Assembly (NCBI GenBank): GCA_038063915.1
Contig: JBBTUE010000005.1
Coordinates: forward strand, 10,547 to 74,546
DNA: 64,000 nt
Origin: Patescibacteria group bacterium
GTDB lineage: Bacteria > Patescibacteriota > Minisyncoccia > Phycocordibacterales > UBA9973
Reading direction: 5' to 3'
In this document: one piece after another, positions 45,375 through 56,072 of the stretch
Layout: every line of letters begins with the position of its first letter
How positions within the stretch are numbered: position 1 is the first letter of the stretch
Made by a program: the position numbers and the translations under genes
Notes under the pieces: model-generated
The model's input: only the letters and a program-made list of their open reading frames with translations
The model's database searches: none
Told to the model about the DNA's origin: nothing

Positions 45375-47195
45375 ATGAAACCAACAGAAATTAGAAATAT
45401 AGCCATCATCGCTCACGTTGACCACGGTAAGACTACTCTTACGGATGAGCTGATGAAGCAGTGTGGTATGAGTGAAGTTGGTGTCACTATGGATTCAAAC
45501 GCTATTGAGCAAGAGCGAGGGATTACTATTTACTCAAAAAATACTTCAGTAAACTACAAAGGTACAAAGATTAATATTGTCGACACCCCCGGCCACGCGG
45601 ATTTCGGCTCTGAAGTTGAGCGCGTGCTTCGTGCGATTGATTCTGTACTACTCCTTGTCGATGCCCAAGAAGGTCCTATGCCCCAGACTCGCTTTGTGTT
45701 AAAGAAGTCACTTGAGCTTGGGCTTAAACCAATAGTAATTATAAATAAGATAGACAAGCCAGCTGCCAATCCAGCCTGTGTTCACGATGAGATACTCGAG
45801 CTTTTTATCGAACTCGGCGCTACAAATGAACAAATAGATTTCAAAACGATGTACGCTATCGGACGCCAAGGCATAGCCAAGCTAAGTCTCGATGACGAGT
45901 CAAAAGATCTCACACCTCTTCTTGATCTAATACTTGCCGAAGTTCCCGAAGCTTCGACCAATAAAGACAAACCATTCCAAGCTCAAGTTTTCAATCTGGG
46001 CTATGACAACTTTTTAGGTCGTCTAGCTATTGCCCGTGCGTATGCAGGATCTATAAAAGTAGGCGCTCAAATAATAGTCAAAGATGAAGCTGGCAATTCT
46101 CGTAACACCAAAATAACTAAAATTTTCACATTCGAAGGTATTGCCCGCAAAGAAGTAGATACATTAAATACAGGTGATATTGCAATAATTGCTGGGATTC
46201 CAGATATTTTTATAGGAGAGACTATTGCTAATAGTGTGGATACACCGGCACTTCCATCTATCGCAATTGACGAGCCGACAATTTCCCTAAATTTTCTAGT
46301 CAATGATTCTCCGTTTGCTGGACGGGAAGGCAAGTATGTAACGAGCCGTCAGATACGCGAACGCTTGGAGAAAGAGCTAGAGATAAATGTGGGACTACGA
46401 ATAAATTTTGATACACCAGATCTCGAAGAAGTTCAGGAAGGTTTTTTGGTCTATGGACGTGGCGAATTGCATATCGCGGTGCTACTTGAGAATATGCGCC
46501 GAGAAGGATATGAACTTCAAGTTTCTCAACCACATGTAATTATTAAAGAAGAGAATGGAAAAAAATTAGAACCATACGAAGAAGTCACTATTGATGTCCG
46601 TCAAGAATTTTCTGGATCAGTGATCGAGAAGTTAACTGCACGTCGTGGAATGATTACAAGTATGCATGAGAAAGAAGGTATTGTGCGCCTGCTCATAGAA
46701 ATTCCGACTCGCGGATTACTCGGCTATCGTGGACAATTTGTTGTAGATACAAAAGGCGAAGGTATACTCGCGTCACGATTTATCGGATTCAAGGATTACG
46801 CAGGTGAGATAAAAAAACGCGATGTCGGATCTATGACTTCAATGGTAGGTGGAAAGGCGGTAGCTTTTTCTTTGTGGAATCTTCAAGACAGAGGAGTACT
46901 ATATATAGAGCATGGTACAGAAGTTTATGAAGGTATGGTTGTCGGTAATGTTACCAAGGGTGATGAGATGGTAGTTAATCCAATTAAAGGTAAACAATTA
47001 TCAAATATGCGCGCCTCTGGTACAGATGAGGCAGTGACAGTAAAGCCACCATATAAATTATCAATTGAGAGAGGATTGGAGGTCATGGCTGACGATGAAT
47101 ACCTAGAAATTACACCAAACAATGTCCGATTACGCAAGAAATTGCTCACAGAGCAGAGCAGGTCAAAATATAAGACCGCGAGTAAGAAGGAATAA
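45375..47195 (+). CDS. typA: translational GTPase TypA/BipA
   Basis: [28 protein letters not shown]. Confidence 0.9.
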   Translation: MKPTEIRNIAIIAHVDHGKTTLTDELMKQCGMSEVGVTMDSNAIEQERGITIYSKNTSVNYKGTKINIVDTPGHADFGSEVERVLRAIDSVLLLVDAQEGPMPQTRFVLKKSLELGLKPIVIINKIDKPAANPACVHDEILELFIELGATNEQIDFKTMYAIGRQGIAKLSLDDESKDLTPLLDLILAEVPEASTNKDKPFQAQVFNLGYDNFLGRLAIARAYAGSIKVGAQIIVKDEAGNSRNTKITKIFTFEGIARKEVDTLNTGDIAIIAGIPDIFIGETIANSVDTPALPSIAIDEPTISLNFLVNDSPFAGREGKYVTSRQIRERLEKELEINVGLRINFDTPDLEEVQEGFLVYGRGELHIAVLLENMRREGYELQVSQPHVIIKEENGKKLEPYEEVTIDVRQEFSGSVIEKLTARRGMITSMHEKEGIVRLLIEIPTRGLLGYRGQFVVDTKGEGILASRFIGFKDYAGEIKKRDVGSMTSMVGGKAVAFSLWNLQDRGVLYIEHGTEVYEGMVVGNVTKGDEMVVNPIKGKQLSNMRASGTDEAVTVKPPYKLSIERGLEVMADDEYLEITPNNVRLRKKLLTEQSRSKYKTASKKE

Positions 47196-47297
47196 TACCC
47201 TTATTTTATAAGGTATATCAAAAGAGTTGACTTTATTTCATAGTAGTGATATTATCAAACCAGTAATAATAATTATAAATTAAGATTTTAATTCCAA

Positions 47298-48329
47298 ATG
47301 GCAAACACTATCTCATTTAAACCTAAACAAGTTACCAAGCGTATGCTAGGTGGCCTGCCTGATAGAGCATATGAAGTAGTTACAAACCGTTTTGGACTCA
47401 CGGATGATGCAGAGAGAAAGACTCTAGAAGCCATTGGACAAAAATATGGCATTACACGCGAGCGTGTACGTCAGATTGAAAATGCTGCACTTATTCTCAT
47501 CCGCAAATCTTCTACATTTAAAGACGAAAAAATAGTTTTTGAAGAATTAAAGAAGCTAATGCACACACTTGGGGCAGTTGTCTCAGAGAATGAATTATTA
47601 AATCATATTTCCAAAGACAAACTTACTCAGAATCATATCCACCTATATCTAACACTTGGTGATGATTTTACAAAACATAAAGAAGATGAAGATTTTAAAA
47701 CAAGATGGAGTGTAGATACTGATGTAGCAGATGAAGTTCATAAATCACTAAAAAATCTGTATTCAAATTTGTCTGACGATGAATTAGTTCCAGAGGGCGA
47801 GATTGTCGCACGGTTTCTTGATGAAGTTAAAGATTTATCCGAACAATACAAGAATGAAGAAATAGCAAAGCGATGGCTGACCATGTCAAAAAATATTAGT
47901 AGGAATCCTTTGGGTGAATGGGGCAAATCTTCATCTTCCAGTATAAAGACTCGCGGGGTCAAAGATTACGCTTTTCTAATGATGAGGAAGCACGGTAGCC
48001 CTATGCATTTCCGCGAAGTCGCAAAGGCAGTATCTAATACTTTCAATAAAAAGTGCCACACTGCGACTTGCCACAATGAGCTTATAAAAGACGGCAGGTT
48101 TGTACTAGTTGGACGCGGTATTTATGCCCTCTCTGAATGGGGATACAAGTCCGGAGTAGTTAGAGATGTTATAAAGGAACTCCTAAAGAAGAATGGACCA
48201 ATGTCTAAAGAAGATATCGTAGAGCAAGTCATGAAAGAAAGGTATTTAAAGAAGAATACGATATTAGTAAACCTCCAGAATTCCAAATACTTTAAGAAAA
48301 ACAAGAGCGGACTATACGCTGTAGCCTAA
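47298..48329 (+). CDS. sigma-70 region-4-like HTH domain protein with an uncharacterised 250-aa C-terminal domain
   Basis: GITRERVRQIENAALILIRK is the sigma-70 region 4.2 signature. There are no region 2 or 3 sequences. Confidence 0.5.
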   Translation: MANTISFKPKQVTKRMLGGLPDRAYEVVTNRFGLTDDAERKTLEAIGQKYGITRERVRQIENAALILIRKSSTFKDEKIVFEELKKLMHTLGAVVSENELLNHISKDKLTQNHIHLYLTLGDDFTKHKEDEDFKTRWSVDTDVADEVHKSLKNLYSNLSDDELVPEGEIVARFLDEVKDLSEQYKNEEIAKRWLTMSKNISRNPLGEWGKSSSSSIKTRGVKDYAFLMMRKHGSPMHFREVAKAVSNTFNKKCHTATCHNELIKDGRFVLVGRGIYALSEWGYKSGVVRDVIKELLKKNGPMSKEDIVEQVMKERYLKKNTILVNLQNSKYFKKNKSGLYAVA

Positions 48330-48330
48330 A

Positions 48331-48372
48331 ATCAAAATCACCTCCAGTCAAATGGGGGTGATTTTGATTTTG
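48331..48372 (+). terminator. rho-independent terminator (12-bp stem ATCAAAATCACC/GGTGATTTTGAT)
   Basis: Perfect inverted repeat directly after the stop codon, followed by TTTGATTTTG. Confidence 0.5.
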
Positions 48373-48391
48373 ATATGTTATAATAACAAGT

Positions 48392-49687
48392 ATGGTTGGA
48401 GATTTTTTTTCATCTCATAGTTTCAATATACTTCAAATGCTCTTGGTTGCTATAGGCTATCTGATGCCTATACCACTTTCAGTATTTGCTCTTCGAATGT
48501 GGCATCATTATAGACATGAGCGATTCATCATGGGTATCAAGTGGGTATTACTCGAGATTCAGGTTCCTCGCGATGTGATAAAAAGTCCTGCTGCTATGGA
48601 ATTGATACTTTCGAATGCCCTTTATCAGAAGACAAATAAGGGTTTTTGGGAGCAGTATATTCAAGGTGCGCCGTGGTTTTGGTTCTCGCTCGAGATGGCT
48701 TCAATTGACGGCAAGGTACATTTCTTTATTCGCAGTCCTACCCGTATGCGTGAATTAGTTGAAACGCAAATTTATGCGCAGTATCCTCAGGCTAAAGTTG
48801 TAGAAGTTGATGATTATACACTTCATGTATCACAATTCAAAAAGAATGGAGATTGGTATATGTGGGGATGTGAATATAGTAAATTGAGAGACGACTTTTT
48901 ACCTATTCGTACTTTTCGAGATATGGAAGAGATGGATAGTGGCACCAAAGAAGAATACAAGATTGATCCCATAACTCCAGTTATTGAACTACTAGGTTCA
49001 CTTCATAAAGGCCAACAGATGTGGGTGCAGATTATCATAAGACAGAATCTAAAGACCTACCACAGTCACAAGCTTAAGAAACATGTAAATTTCTATGATG
49101 CAACATACGAATATATTGAACATATGCTCCTACCTTATACTCGTTTCCAGAAGAATGATAATGGCGATACTATAGGTATGGATATGCGTACTCCAGACCC
49201 ACTAAAGAATCAGGTAAAAATAATGGTTGAAAATGCAAGCTTGATACACTTTGACTGCGGAATACGTGTCGTTACGCTGGCTGATAAGAGAGTCTGTAGT
49301 GAAGAAGATTTCAATAACTTAAGACGCAACTCTAGACTAATATGGCGTCAATATGCACAGCCAAATGTGAACGAACTCAATCGTATAAATTCAACACAAT
49401 TTGACGCACCTTGGTCCGACCCTACTGGGCTTGCATTAACGAAGATTAAAAAGAGATTACTTGATTTTTATCGCACAAGAACATTCTTCTATCCACCAAT
49501 CCAGTATAGTATTAAATATCCTAAAGTTTTGAATGCTTTTTTCCCATCCGGACGCCCTGAAATATTTGTCATGTCCTCTCGCGAACTTGCAACCATCTTT
49601 CACTTTCCAGGTATGGTCTCTGAGACTCCGAGCTTTAAGCGTATCGAATCAAAGATTGCAAAGCCACCTGCCAATTTGCCTGTATAG
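48392..49687 (+). CDS. hypothetical membrane-anchored protein
   Basis: ORF, N-terminal transmembrane segment. No recognised family. Confidence 0.45.
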   Translation: MVGDFFSSHSFNILQMLLVAIGYLMPIPLSVFALRMWHHYRHERFIMGIKWVLLEIQVPRDVIKSPAAMELILSNALYQKTNKGFWEQYIQGAPWFWFSLEMASIDGKVHFFIRSPTRMRELVETQIYAQYPQAKVVEVDDYTLHVSQFKKNGDWYMWGCEYSKLRDDFLPIRTFRDMEEMDSGTKEEYKIDPITPVIELLGSLHKGQQMWVQIIIRQNLKTYHSHKLKKHVNFYDATYEYIEHMLLPYTRFQKNDNGDTIGMDMRTPDPLKNQVKIMVENASLIHFDCGIRVVTLADKRVCSEEDFNNLRRNSRLIWRQYAQPNVNELNRINSTQFDAPWSDPTGLALTKIKKRLLDFYRTRTFFYPPIQYSIKYPKVLNAFFPSGRPEIFVMSSRELATIFHFPGMVSETPSFKRIESKIAKPPANLPV

Positions 49688-49690
49688 TAT

Positions 49691-50617
49691 ATGGATGACA
49701 CAAATCAGGAAATCGTGCGAAGGTTCGGTAACAATAAGATACTAAATATTTTTTTTATTGTAGCTTTTTCAGTTATATTTCTTTACTATACTTTATCAGC
49801 ACCAATATATAACGTTAGTGTAGCAAATAGGCAGGGAGTTGTAGTGCACATTGCAAAAGGCGAAGCGCTCGCTTTGATTGCCAACGACCTAGAATCCAAG
49901 AATATAATACGTCAAACTACTGCGCTTAAATTTTTTGTTTACCTATTTGGGGGAGGCAATTCTACCAAGAAAGGTGACTATCTTTTTACAAAGAAGATGC
50001 CTGTTTGGAGTGTGGCTTGGATGCTCGTACGAGGACATCATAATATTGATCCGCTCAAAATTACACTAAAAGAGGGTCTAACAAATGAAGAAATGGCAAA
50101 TGCACTAGCAGATAAACTATCAGTATTTCGTAGAGATCTATTTATTTCTGACAAAAAGAGTAAACAGGGCTATTTATTCCCTGATACGTATTTTTTCTTT
50201 TCGATGACTACTGCTGATGAAATCGTTGATGAATTATCTGCAAACTTCGAAGAGCGCATTACTCCATTCCGTACAGATATAGCTAATTCAGGGCATAGCG
50301 AGAGTGATATTATCAAAATGGCATCACTTATACAAAAAGAAGCAGCTGGCCAATCCGATGCGCCTGTTATATCTGGAATTTTGTGGAAGCGGATTAAAAA
50401 TGGGATGCCACTTCAAGTCGATGCCGATAAATCAACTTATGTGAGCACTGGACTTCCTAGTCGGCCAATTGGGAACCCTGGACTTATGGCGATAAAAGCT
50501 GCGCTTTATCCAGAGGACTCAGCGTATTTTTACTATTTGCATGATAAAAGTGGTACAGTGCATTATGCTAAAACATTCAGAGAGCATAAGATTAATATTA
50601 CTAAATATCTAAAGTAA
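49691..50617 (+). CDS. mltG: endolytic murein transglycosylase MltG (YceG-like)
   Basis: MASLIQKEAAG...LQVDA...GLPSRPIGNPGLMAIKAAL matches the YceG family motifs. Confidence 0.8.
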   Translation: MDDTNQEIVRRFGNNKILNIFFIVAFSVIFLYYTLSAPIYNVSVANRQGVVVHIAKGEALALIANDLESKNIIRQTTALKFFVYLFGGGNSTKKGDYLFTKKMPVWSVAWMLVRGHHNIDPLKITLKEGLTNEEMANALADKLSVFRRDLFISDKKSKQGYLFPDTYFFFSMTTADEIVDELSANFEERITPFRTDIANSGHSESDIIKMASLIQKEAAGQSDAPVISGILWKRIKNGMPLQVDADKSTYVSTGLPSRPIGNPGLMAIKAALYPEDSAYFYYLHDKSGTVHYAKTFREHKINITKYLK

Positions 50618-50618
50618 G

Positions 50619-51494
50619 ATGATATTACAAACAACAAAACAAAAAGATTACGAGCTACTAGATTCAGGAGAAGGCGAGAAGCTCGAACAATACGGACCCT
50701 ATGTATTGTCGCGCCCAGACCCTGAGGCCCTCTGGTCTAAAAAGCTTGCAAGCAATGTTTGGGAAAAAGCAGATTTGAAATTTGTTCGCAACGGTATCAA
50801 GGCTAAATGGATTATAAAAGAAGGTGTGCCCAAAAGTTGGAATATCGAATTTGGAGATTTTAATTTCTCAATTCGGCCGACATCTTTCAAGCATACTGGC
50901 CTTTTCCCAGAACAGCTTCCGAACTGGCAATGGACTAAAGACATAATAGAGAAAAACAAAAAATCATACGAAAAGCCGATAAGTGTACTGAACTTATTTG
51001 CTTACACTGGCGGAGCAACTCTTGCATGTGCACGTGCAGGGGCCGAAGTCTGCCATGTCGATGGATCGAAAACTGCGGTCGCTTGGGCGCGCGAGAATGC
51101 TGAACTATCGGGATTAAAAGATGCACCTATCCGCTGGATAGTCGAGGATGTGGTTATGTTTTTAAAAAGAGAAATCAAACGTGGGCACAAGTATGATGCT
51201 ATAATTATGGACCCGCCATCGTTTGGTCATGGACCCAAGGATGAACTTTGGAAGATAGAATCTCACTTCTTAGAACTTATGACCCTATGTAAGGAGATAC
51301 TCTCTGACAAGCCACTTTTTATACTTATCAATGGCTACACTGCCGGCTATTCGCCCATTGCATATGAAAATAATTTAAAAGATATGATGAATGATAAAAA
51401 AGGAAGTATAGAAATAGGTGAGCTAACTATAAAAGAGAGTCAGAGTGACAGATTGCTTCCTTGTGGTATATTTGCGAGATGGGCAGTAAGTTAA
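50619..51494 (+). CDS. class I SAM-dependent rRNA methyltransferase (RlmI/RlmK-like)
   Basis: VLNLFAYTGGATLACARAGAEVCHVDGS and IIMDPPSF motifs. Confidence 0.75.
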   Translation: MILQTTKQKDYELLDSGEGEKLEQYGPYVLSRPDPEALWSKKLASNVWEKADLKFVRNGIKAKWIIKEGVPKSWNIEFGDFNFSIRPTSFKHTGLFPEQLPNWQWTKDIIEKNKKSYEKPISVLNLFAYTGGATLACARAGAEVCHVDGSKTAVAWARENAELSGLKDAPIRWIVEDVVMFLKREIKRGHKYDAIIMDPPSFGHGPKDELWKIESHFLELMTLCKEILSDKPLFILINGYTAGYSPIAYENNLKDMMNDKKGSIEIGELTIKESQSDRLLPCGIFARWAVS

Positions 51495-52675
51495 ATAAAA
51501 CTGTATTTGTGGGTGTCTCAGGTGGAGTGGATTCATCCGTCTCGGCCGCACTACTTAAAGACCAAGGATATGATGTCGTTGGGGTTTTTATTCGTACATG
51601 GCAGCCGGAATTTATAGAATGCACTTGGCGAGATGAGAGACGTGACGCTATGCGAGTATGTGCGCATCTTGATATTCCATTCCTTGAATGTGACGCTGAA
51701 GAAGCATATAAAAAAGGTGTAGCAGACTATATGATAGAAGAATATAAGAAAGGTAACACACCGAACCCTGACGTCATGTGTAATCGGGAAGTGAAGTTTG
51801 GAGTATTTTGGAATTTTGCAAAAGCTCATGGTGCAGACTATATTGCGACAGGACATTATGCAAGAGTGTTACGTTCGGAAAGCTCCTCTCAAAGCTCCTT
51901 AACCCCATCCCGCAAGGAGCGGGACGGCACGCCCCCACCCGTCGCTTTTCAAGGACTTTCAGAACTTCACAAAGGGAATGATGAAAGTAAGGATCAATCA
52001 TATTTCCTTTGGACTTTGACGCAAGATGATCTTTCTCATACGCTTTTTCCAATTGGCCATTTGCAAAAATCACAAGTTCGCAAACTTGCAGAAAAGTTTG
52101 GATTGCCTACAGCTGAAAAGAAAGATAGCCAGGGGGTTTGCTTCCTTGGTCCACTTGATATGAAAGAATTTCTGGCGCATTATATAAAACCTGTGCGCGG
52201 TGATGTATTAAATGAGAAAGGTGAAATTGTAGGTTATCACAATGGTGTAGTATTTTTCACACTAGGCGAACGCCATGGATTCACTATTACAAAACACTCC
52301 ACAAAGAATTTGCCTTTATATGTAGTAGCAAAAGATATAGAAAAAAATATAATAATAGTTTCGCAAAACAAGAATTTTACTGCTAAAGACACGGATAATT
52401 CCTTGCTAGGAATTTCCTCTGCTCGGCCCAGTCGGCCTGCGCAAGTTCTTTCCCAGCAAGATTCTTGTTTTACCCTGAAAAACATAAATTGGATTTCAGA
52501 TATTCCAAAGGAAAATAAAAAATACACAGCGCAAATTAGATATCATGGTGAACAACTACCTTGTCGTTTTAAAAATACATCGATTACCTTTGATAGGCCA
52601 GTTCTAGCCTCACTTGGTCAGTCTATAGTTGTCTATGATGGGGATATCTGTCTAGGCGGTGGAATAGTAGAGTAG
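51479..52675 (+). CDS. mnmA: tRNA 2-thiouridine(34) synthase MnmA
   Basis: SGGVDSS PP-loop, ATGHYAR and DQSYFL motifs. Contains a GC-rich in-frame insertion at about 51881..51965. Confidence 0.9.
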   Translation: MGSKLNKTVFVGVSGGVDSSVSAALLKDQGYDVVGVFIRTWQPEFIECTWRDERRDAMRVCAHLDIPFLECDAEEAYKKGVADYMIEEYKKGNTPNPDVMCNREVKFGVFWNFAKAHGADYIATGHYARVLRSESSSQSSLTPSRKERDGTPPPVAFQGLSELHKGNDESKDQSYFLWTLTQDDLSHTLFPIGHLQKSQVRKLAEKFGLPTAEKKDSQGVCFLGPLDMKEFLAHYIKPVRGDVLNEKGEIVGYHNGVVFFTLGERHGFTITKHSTKNLPLYVVAKDIEKNIIIVSQNKNFTAKDTDNSLLGISSARPSRPAQVLSQQDSCFTLKNINWISDIPKENKKYTAQIRYHGEQLPCRFKNTSITFDRPVLASLGQSIVVYDGDICLGGGIVE

Positions 52676-52688
52676 TATAATACAGATT

Positions 52689-53168
52689 ATGGAAAATATA
52701 TTTGATCAGACAACGTTAGGAATCATAGTACCGCTTTTTATGGCCTTATTAATGGGGATGATTATTGGTACTGAGCGAGTCTGGGCACACAAGACTGCAG
52801 GTATGCGTACGTATGCACTTGTAGCTATGGGTTCAGCATTGTTTGTGCTCGTGTCCGAAGAGATGGTGAAAGCTTATCTTAATTTACCAGGCATGAATCC
52901 TCTGATGATAGTTTCCCAGATTGTTATTGGTGTAGGATTTCTTGGTACTGGTTTGATTTTCTCAAAAGAGAGTAAACTCATGGGCATGACTACAGCTACA
53001 TCTCTTTGGGTGTCAGCAGGTATAGGTATGGCTTGTGGTTTTGGATTATATAAGCTTGCCATCATTGCTACGTTCCTCACACTATTTATATTCATAGTCC
53101 TCTGGTTTTTCGAAGCTCAACTAAAGAAAACTAGATTCTTCTCAGAATCCTCCGTAGATGAACATTAA
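52689..53168 (+). CDS. MgtC/SapB family membrane protein
   Basis: GMIIGTERVWAHKTAGMRTYALVAMGSALF. Confidence 0.8.
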   Translation: MENIFDQTTLGIIVPLFMALLMGMIIGTERVWAHKTAGMRTYALVAMGSALFVLVSEEMVKAYLNLPGMNPLMIVSQIVIGVGFLGTGLIFSKESKLMGMTTATSLWVSAGIGMACGFGLYKLAIIATFLTLFIFIVLWFFEAQLKKTRFFSESSVDEH

Positions 53169-53187
53169 TTTGGTATAGTATAGGTAT

Positions 53188-54834
53188 ATGTCATCCAAGG
53201 AAGTCCGAGAGAAGTTTTTAAAATTTTTCGAATCAAAAGGCCATAAAATACTGCCATCATCCTCTTTAATACCAGAAGGGGATATTTCGGTGCTTTTTAC
53301 TACAGCTGGGATGCAACAGTTCAAGCCGTACTATGGAGCACCCGAGAGTGCTTTGCGTGATTTTGGAACCAAAGACGTCGTTACGGTCCAGAAATGTGTC
53401 CGCACGGGTGATATCGAAGAAGTCGGAGATCACTCCCACTTATCATTTTTTGAAATGCTGGGAAATTTTTCTTTTGGAGGATATGGCCGAGAAAAAGCTA
53501 TATCTTACGCCCATGAGTTTATCACTGAAGTTCTAGGACTTACAATTTCATATGTCACTATATATAAAGGTGAGGGCGTGGTGCCAAAAGATGAAGCATC
53601 AAGAAAGATTTGGAAAGAGATTGATTCTAGTCTAGATATTCGTGAAGATGGTGCTGATGTATTCTGGGGCCCGACAGGCGACTCTGGACCGTGTGGCCCG
53701 ACGAGTGAAATTTATTGCAAGAATGCAAATGGCGATGATGTAGAAATTTGGAATCTAGTTTTCAATGAATATTTCTGTGACGGTTCGCGCGAAAAGTTAG
53801 ATAAAGGTGAAGCAAAACTCACACCACTTCCGATTCTTGGGATTGATACAGGAATGGGATTCGAAAGATTACTCGCAACAGTACAGAATAAGAGAAATGT
53901 TTATGAGACAGATCTTTTTAATAATGAGGATACAAGAGAGAAAAGAATTGTTGCTGATCATGTGAAGACAGCACTGTTTATGATTACAGATGGAGTTATA
54001 CCTTCAAATACTGGTAGAGGATATGTTTTGCGTCGATTGATTAGACGAGCAGTAAGATTCTCCAAGGGGTCATTATTGCCCGAAATTGAAAAAGTTAAAA
54101 AGGTTTATGAAGGTATATATAATCTTGATGATAAAGGAGAAATACAGAGGGAAGAAGAAAAATTTAGAAAAACACTTGACCATGGCCTAAAGGAATTTGA
54201 AAAGGGAATTGATCCATTCATTCTCGCAACGACATATGGATTCCCAATTGAGCTTACAGAAGAACTAGCCAAAGAAAAAGGTATAAAAATAGATAGTGCA
54301 GATTTCGATAAGAAAATGGCTGAGCATCAGAAGCTTTCGAAAGACTCATCAGTCGGTATGTTTAAAGGTGGGCTTGCAAATCACCATAAGGGGACTATTA
54401 GACTTCACACAGCACATCATTTGCTTCTCGCTTCGCTCCAAGCGATAGTTAGTAGAGATATAAAACAGCGAGGTAGTAATATAACTGAAGAACGCCTTCG
54501 TATGGACTTTGTTTGCGATCATAAACTCACCGATGAAGAGAAGAAAAATGTAGAAGATTGGGTTAATGACAAGATAAAGCAGGAGCTAGATGTTGTATAT
54601 AAAGAAATGCCACTAGCTGAAGCAGAAAAACTCGGCGCAGAAATGGAATTTGGCGCGAAATATCCGGAAGTCGTTTCTGTATATATAGTAGAAGATAAAA
54701 ATGGCAATGCTATATCAAAAGAATTCTGTGGTGGTCCTCATGTGTCAAATACAAGTGAACTTGGCCACTTCAAAATCCAAAAAGAAGAAGCTGTCGCGTC
54801 TGGGATAAGACGTATAAAAGCAATATTAGAATAA
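53188..54834 (+). CDS. alaS: alanine--tRNA ligase, compact form (548 aa)
   Basis: FLKFFESKGHKILPSSSLIPEGDISVLFTTAGMQQFKPYY matches the N-terminus. Editing-domain HTAHHLL and CGGPHVSNTSELG motifs near the C-terminus. Confidence 0.85.
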   Translation: MSSKEVREKFLKFFESKGHKILPSSSLIPEGDISVLFTTAGMQQFKPYYGAPESALRDFGTKDVVTVQKCVRTGDIEEVGDHSHLSFFEMLGNFSFGGYGREKAISYAHEFITEVLGLTISYVTIYKGEGVVPKDEASRKIWKEIDSSLDIREDGADVFWGPTGDSGPCGPTSEIYCKNANGDDVEIWNLVFNEYFCDGSREKLDKGEAKLTPLPILGIDTGMGFERLLATVQNKRNVYETDLFNNEDTREKRIVADHVKTALFMITDGVIPSNTGRGYVLRRLIRRAVRFSKGSLLPEIEKVKKVYEGIYNLDDKGEIQREEEKFRKTLDHGLKEFEKGIDPFILATTYGFPIELTEELAKEKGIKIDSADFDKKMAEHQKLSKDSSVGMFKGGLANHHKGTIRLHTAHHLLLASLQAIVSRDIKQRGSNITEERLRMDFVCDHKLTDEEKKNVEDWVNDKIKQELDVVYKEMPLAEAEKLGAEMEFGAKYPEVVSVYIVEDKNGNAISKEFCGGPHVSNTSELGHFKIQKEEAVASGIRRIKAILE

Positions 54835-54886
54835 CATATCTCTACTTTAGATATTTTCATGAAAATTGTAGTATAATAAAGGTATT

Positions 54887-56071
54887 ATGTCATTTTGGTT
54901 TACATCTAAAAACAAGAAGGAGCGAATAGTAGCAATATTTGATATTGGGTCAGGAAGCGTAGGAGCAGCGATAGCTCGAATTCCTACCAATAGTAAAGGT
55001 ATACCGACAATAATCAAATCAACCCGTGCTGAAATTGCTTTTCATGATGAGCTTGATTTTAATGTTTTTCTAGATGACATGATCAAAACTCTTAAATCCT
55101 CGGCTAATTCTCTATATGATTCGAAGGTTGGAGCTCCAGATGAGATAGTTTGCGTACTCGCTTCTCCTTGGTATTTATCTGAAACAAGAGTTGTCAAAAT
55201 GACTCGGGATCACTCATTTGTATTTACTCATAAACTAGCAGACGAAATGCTGGAGAAAGAGATAACCTCGCTCAACTCCCTGTATGAAAATAAATACGGA
55301 TCTATAAAAAGTACGCCTGAAGTTATAGAGCACCACGTCATGGGTGTATCGCTCAATGGCTATCCAATAGAAGATCCGATAGGTAAACGTAGTCGGTCTG
55401 TCGAAATGCACATGGCTATTTCACTCTCACCCAAACTATGCTTAGAAAAAATACGTAAAATTTTATCAAACACCTTCCACCATATACCAGTATCATTTGC
55501 TTCTTTTTCTATCTGCTCGTATCTAGCAGTTCGTGAGAGATATGTGACGCCGGATTCGTATCTGCTACTTGATATTGGAGGGGAAGTGACAGACGTGGCA
55601 ATTATTACAAAAGGTATATTAAAAGCCTCTTTGTCTTTTCCATTTGGCAAAAGAACATTCTTTAAATATATTTGCACCAAACTAGACATAGAGCTCCGAG
55701 ATGCAGTGGAATTGTTTAATCTTTTCAGCACAAATACATTAGCCGAGAGACGTAGGAAAAAAGTTGAGCCACTATTTAAATCAATTGAGAATTCATGGGG
55801 TGAAGCCTTTAGGCAATGCATCGGTACACTACCTCATACACTGACATTACCTGGTACAATATTTGTAACCGCAGACCAAGACATAAGAAACTGGTTCGTA
55901 GAAGTCGTTCGCAATGAACCATATATACAATCAATGGTCACCGAGCATAAATGTACAGTCATAACTCTCGAAGGGCCTGAATTTCTCTCTATGTGTAGTA
56001 TTAAAGATGGCACCTGTGATCCATTCTTGATGGTGGAAGCTATTGGAATAATGAGAAAAATGGAACAATAA
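54887..56071 (+). CDS. actin-like ATPase (FtsA/PilM-like) protein
   Basis: AIFDIGSGSVGAAIA (phosphate-1) and LLLDIGGEVTDVAII (phosphate-2) ASKHA motifs. Confidence 0.5.
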   Translation: MSFWFTSKNKKERIVAIFDIGSGSVGAAIARIPTNSKGIPTIIKSTRAEIAFHDELDFNVFLDDMIKTLKSSANSLYDSKVGAPDEIVCVLASPWYLSETRVVKMTRDHSFVFTHKLADEMLEKEITSLNSLYENKYGSIKSTPEVIEHHVMGVSLNGYPIEDPIGKRSRSVEMHMAISLSPKLCLEKIRKILSNTFHHIPVSFASFSICSYLAVRERYVTPDSYLLLDIGGEVTDVAIITKGILKASLSFPFGKRTFFKYICTKLDIELRDAVELFNLFSTNTLAERRRKKVEPLFKSIENSWGEAFRQCIGTLPHTLTLPGTIFVTADQDIRNWFVEVVRNEPYIQSMVTEHKCTVITLEGPEFLSMCSIKDGTCDPFLMVEAIGIMRKMEQ

Positions 56072-56072
56072 T

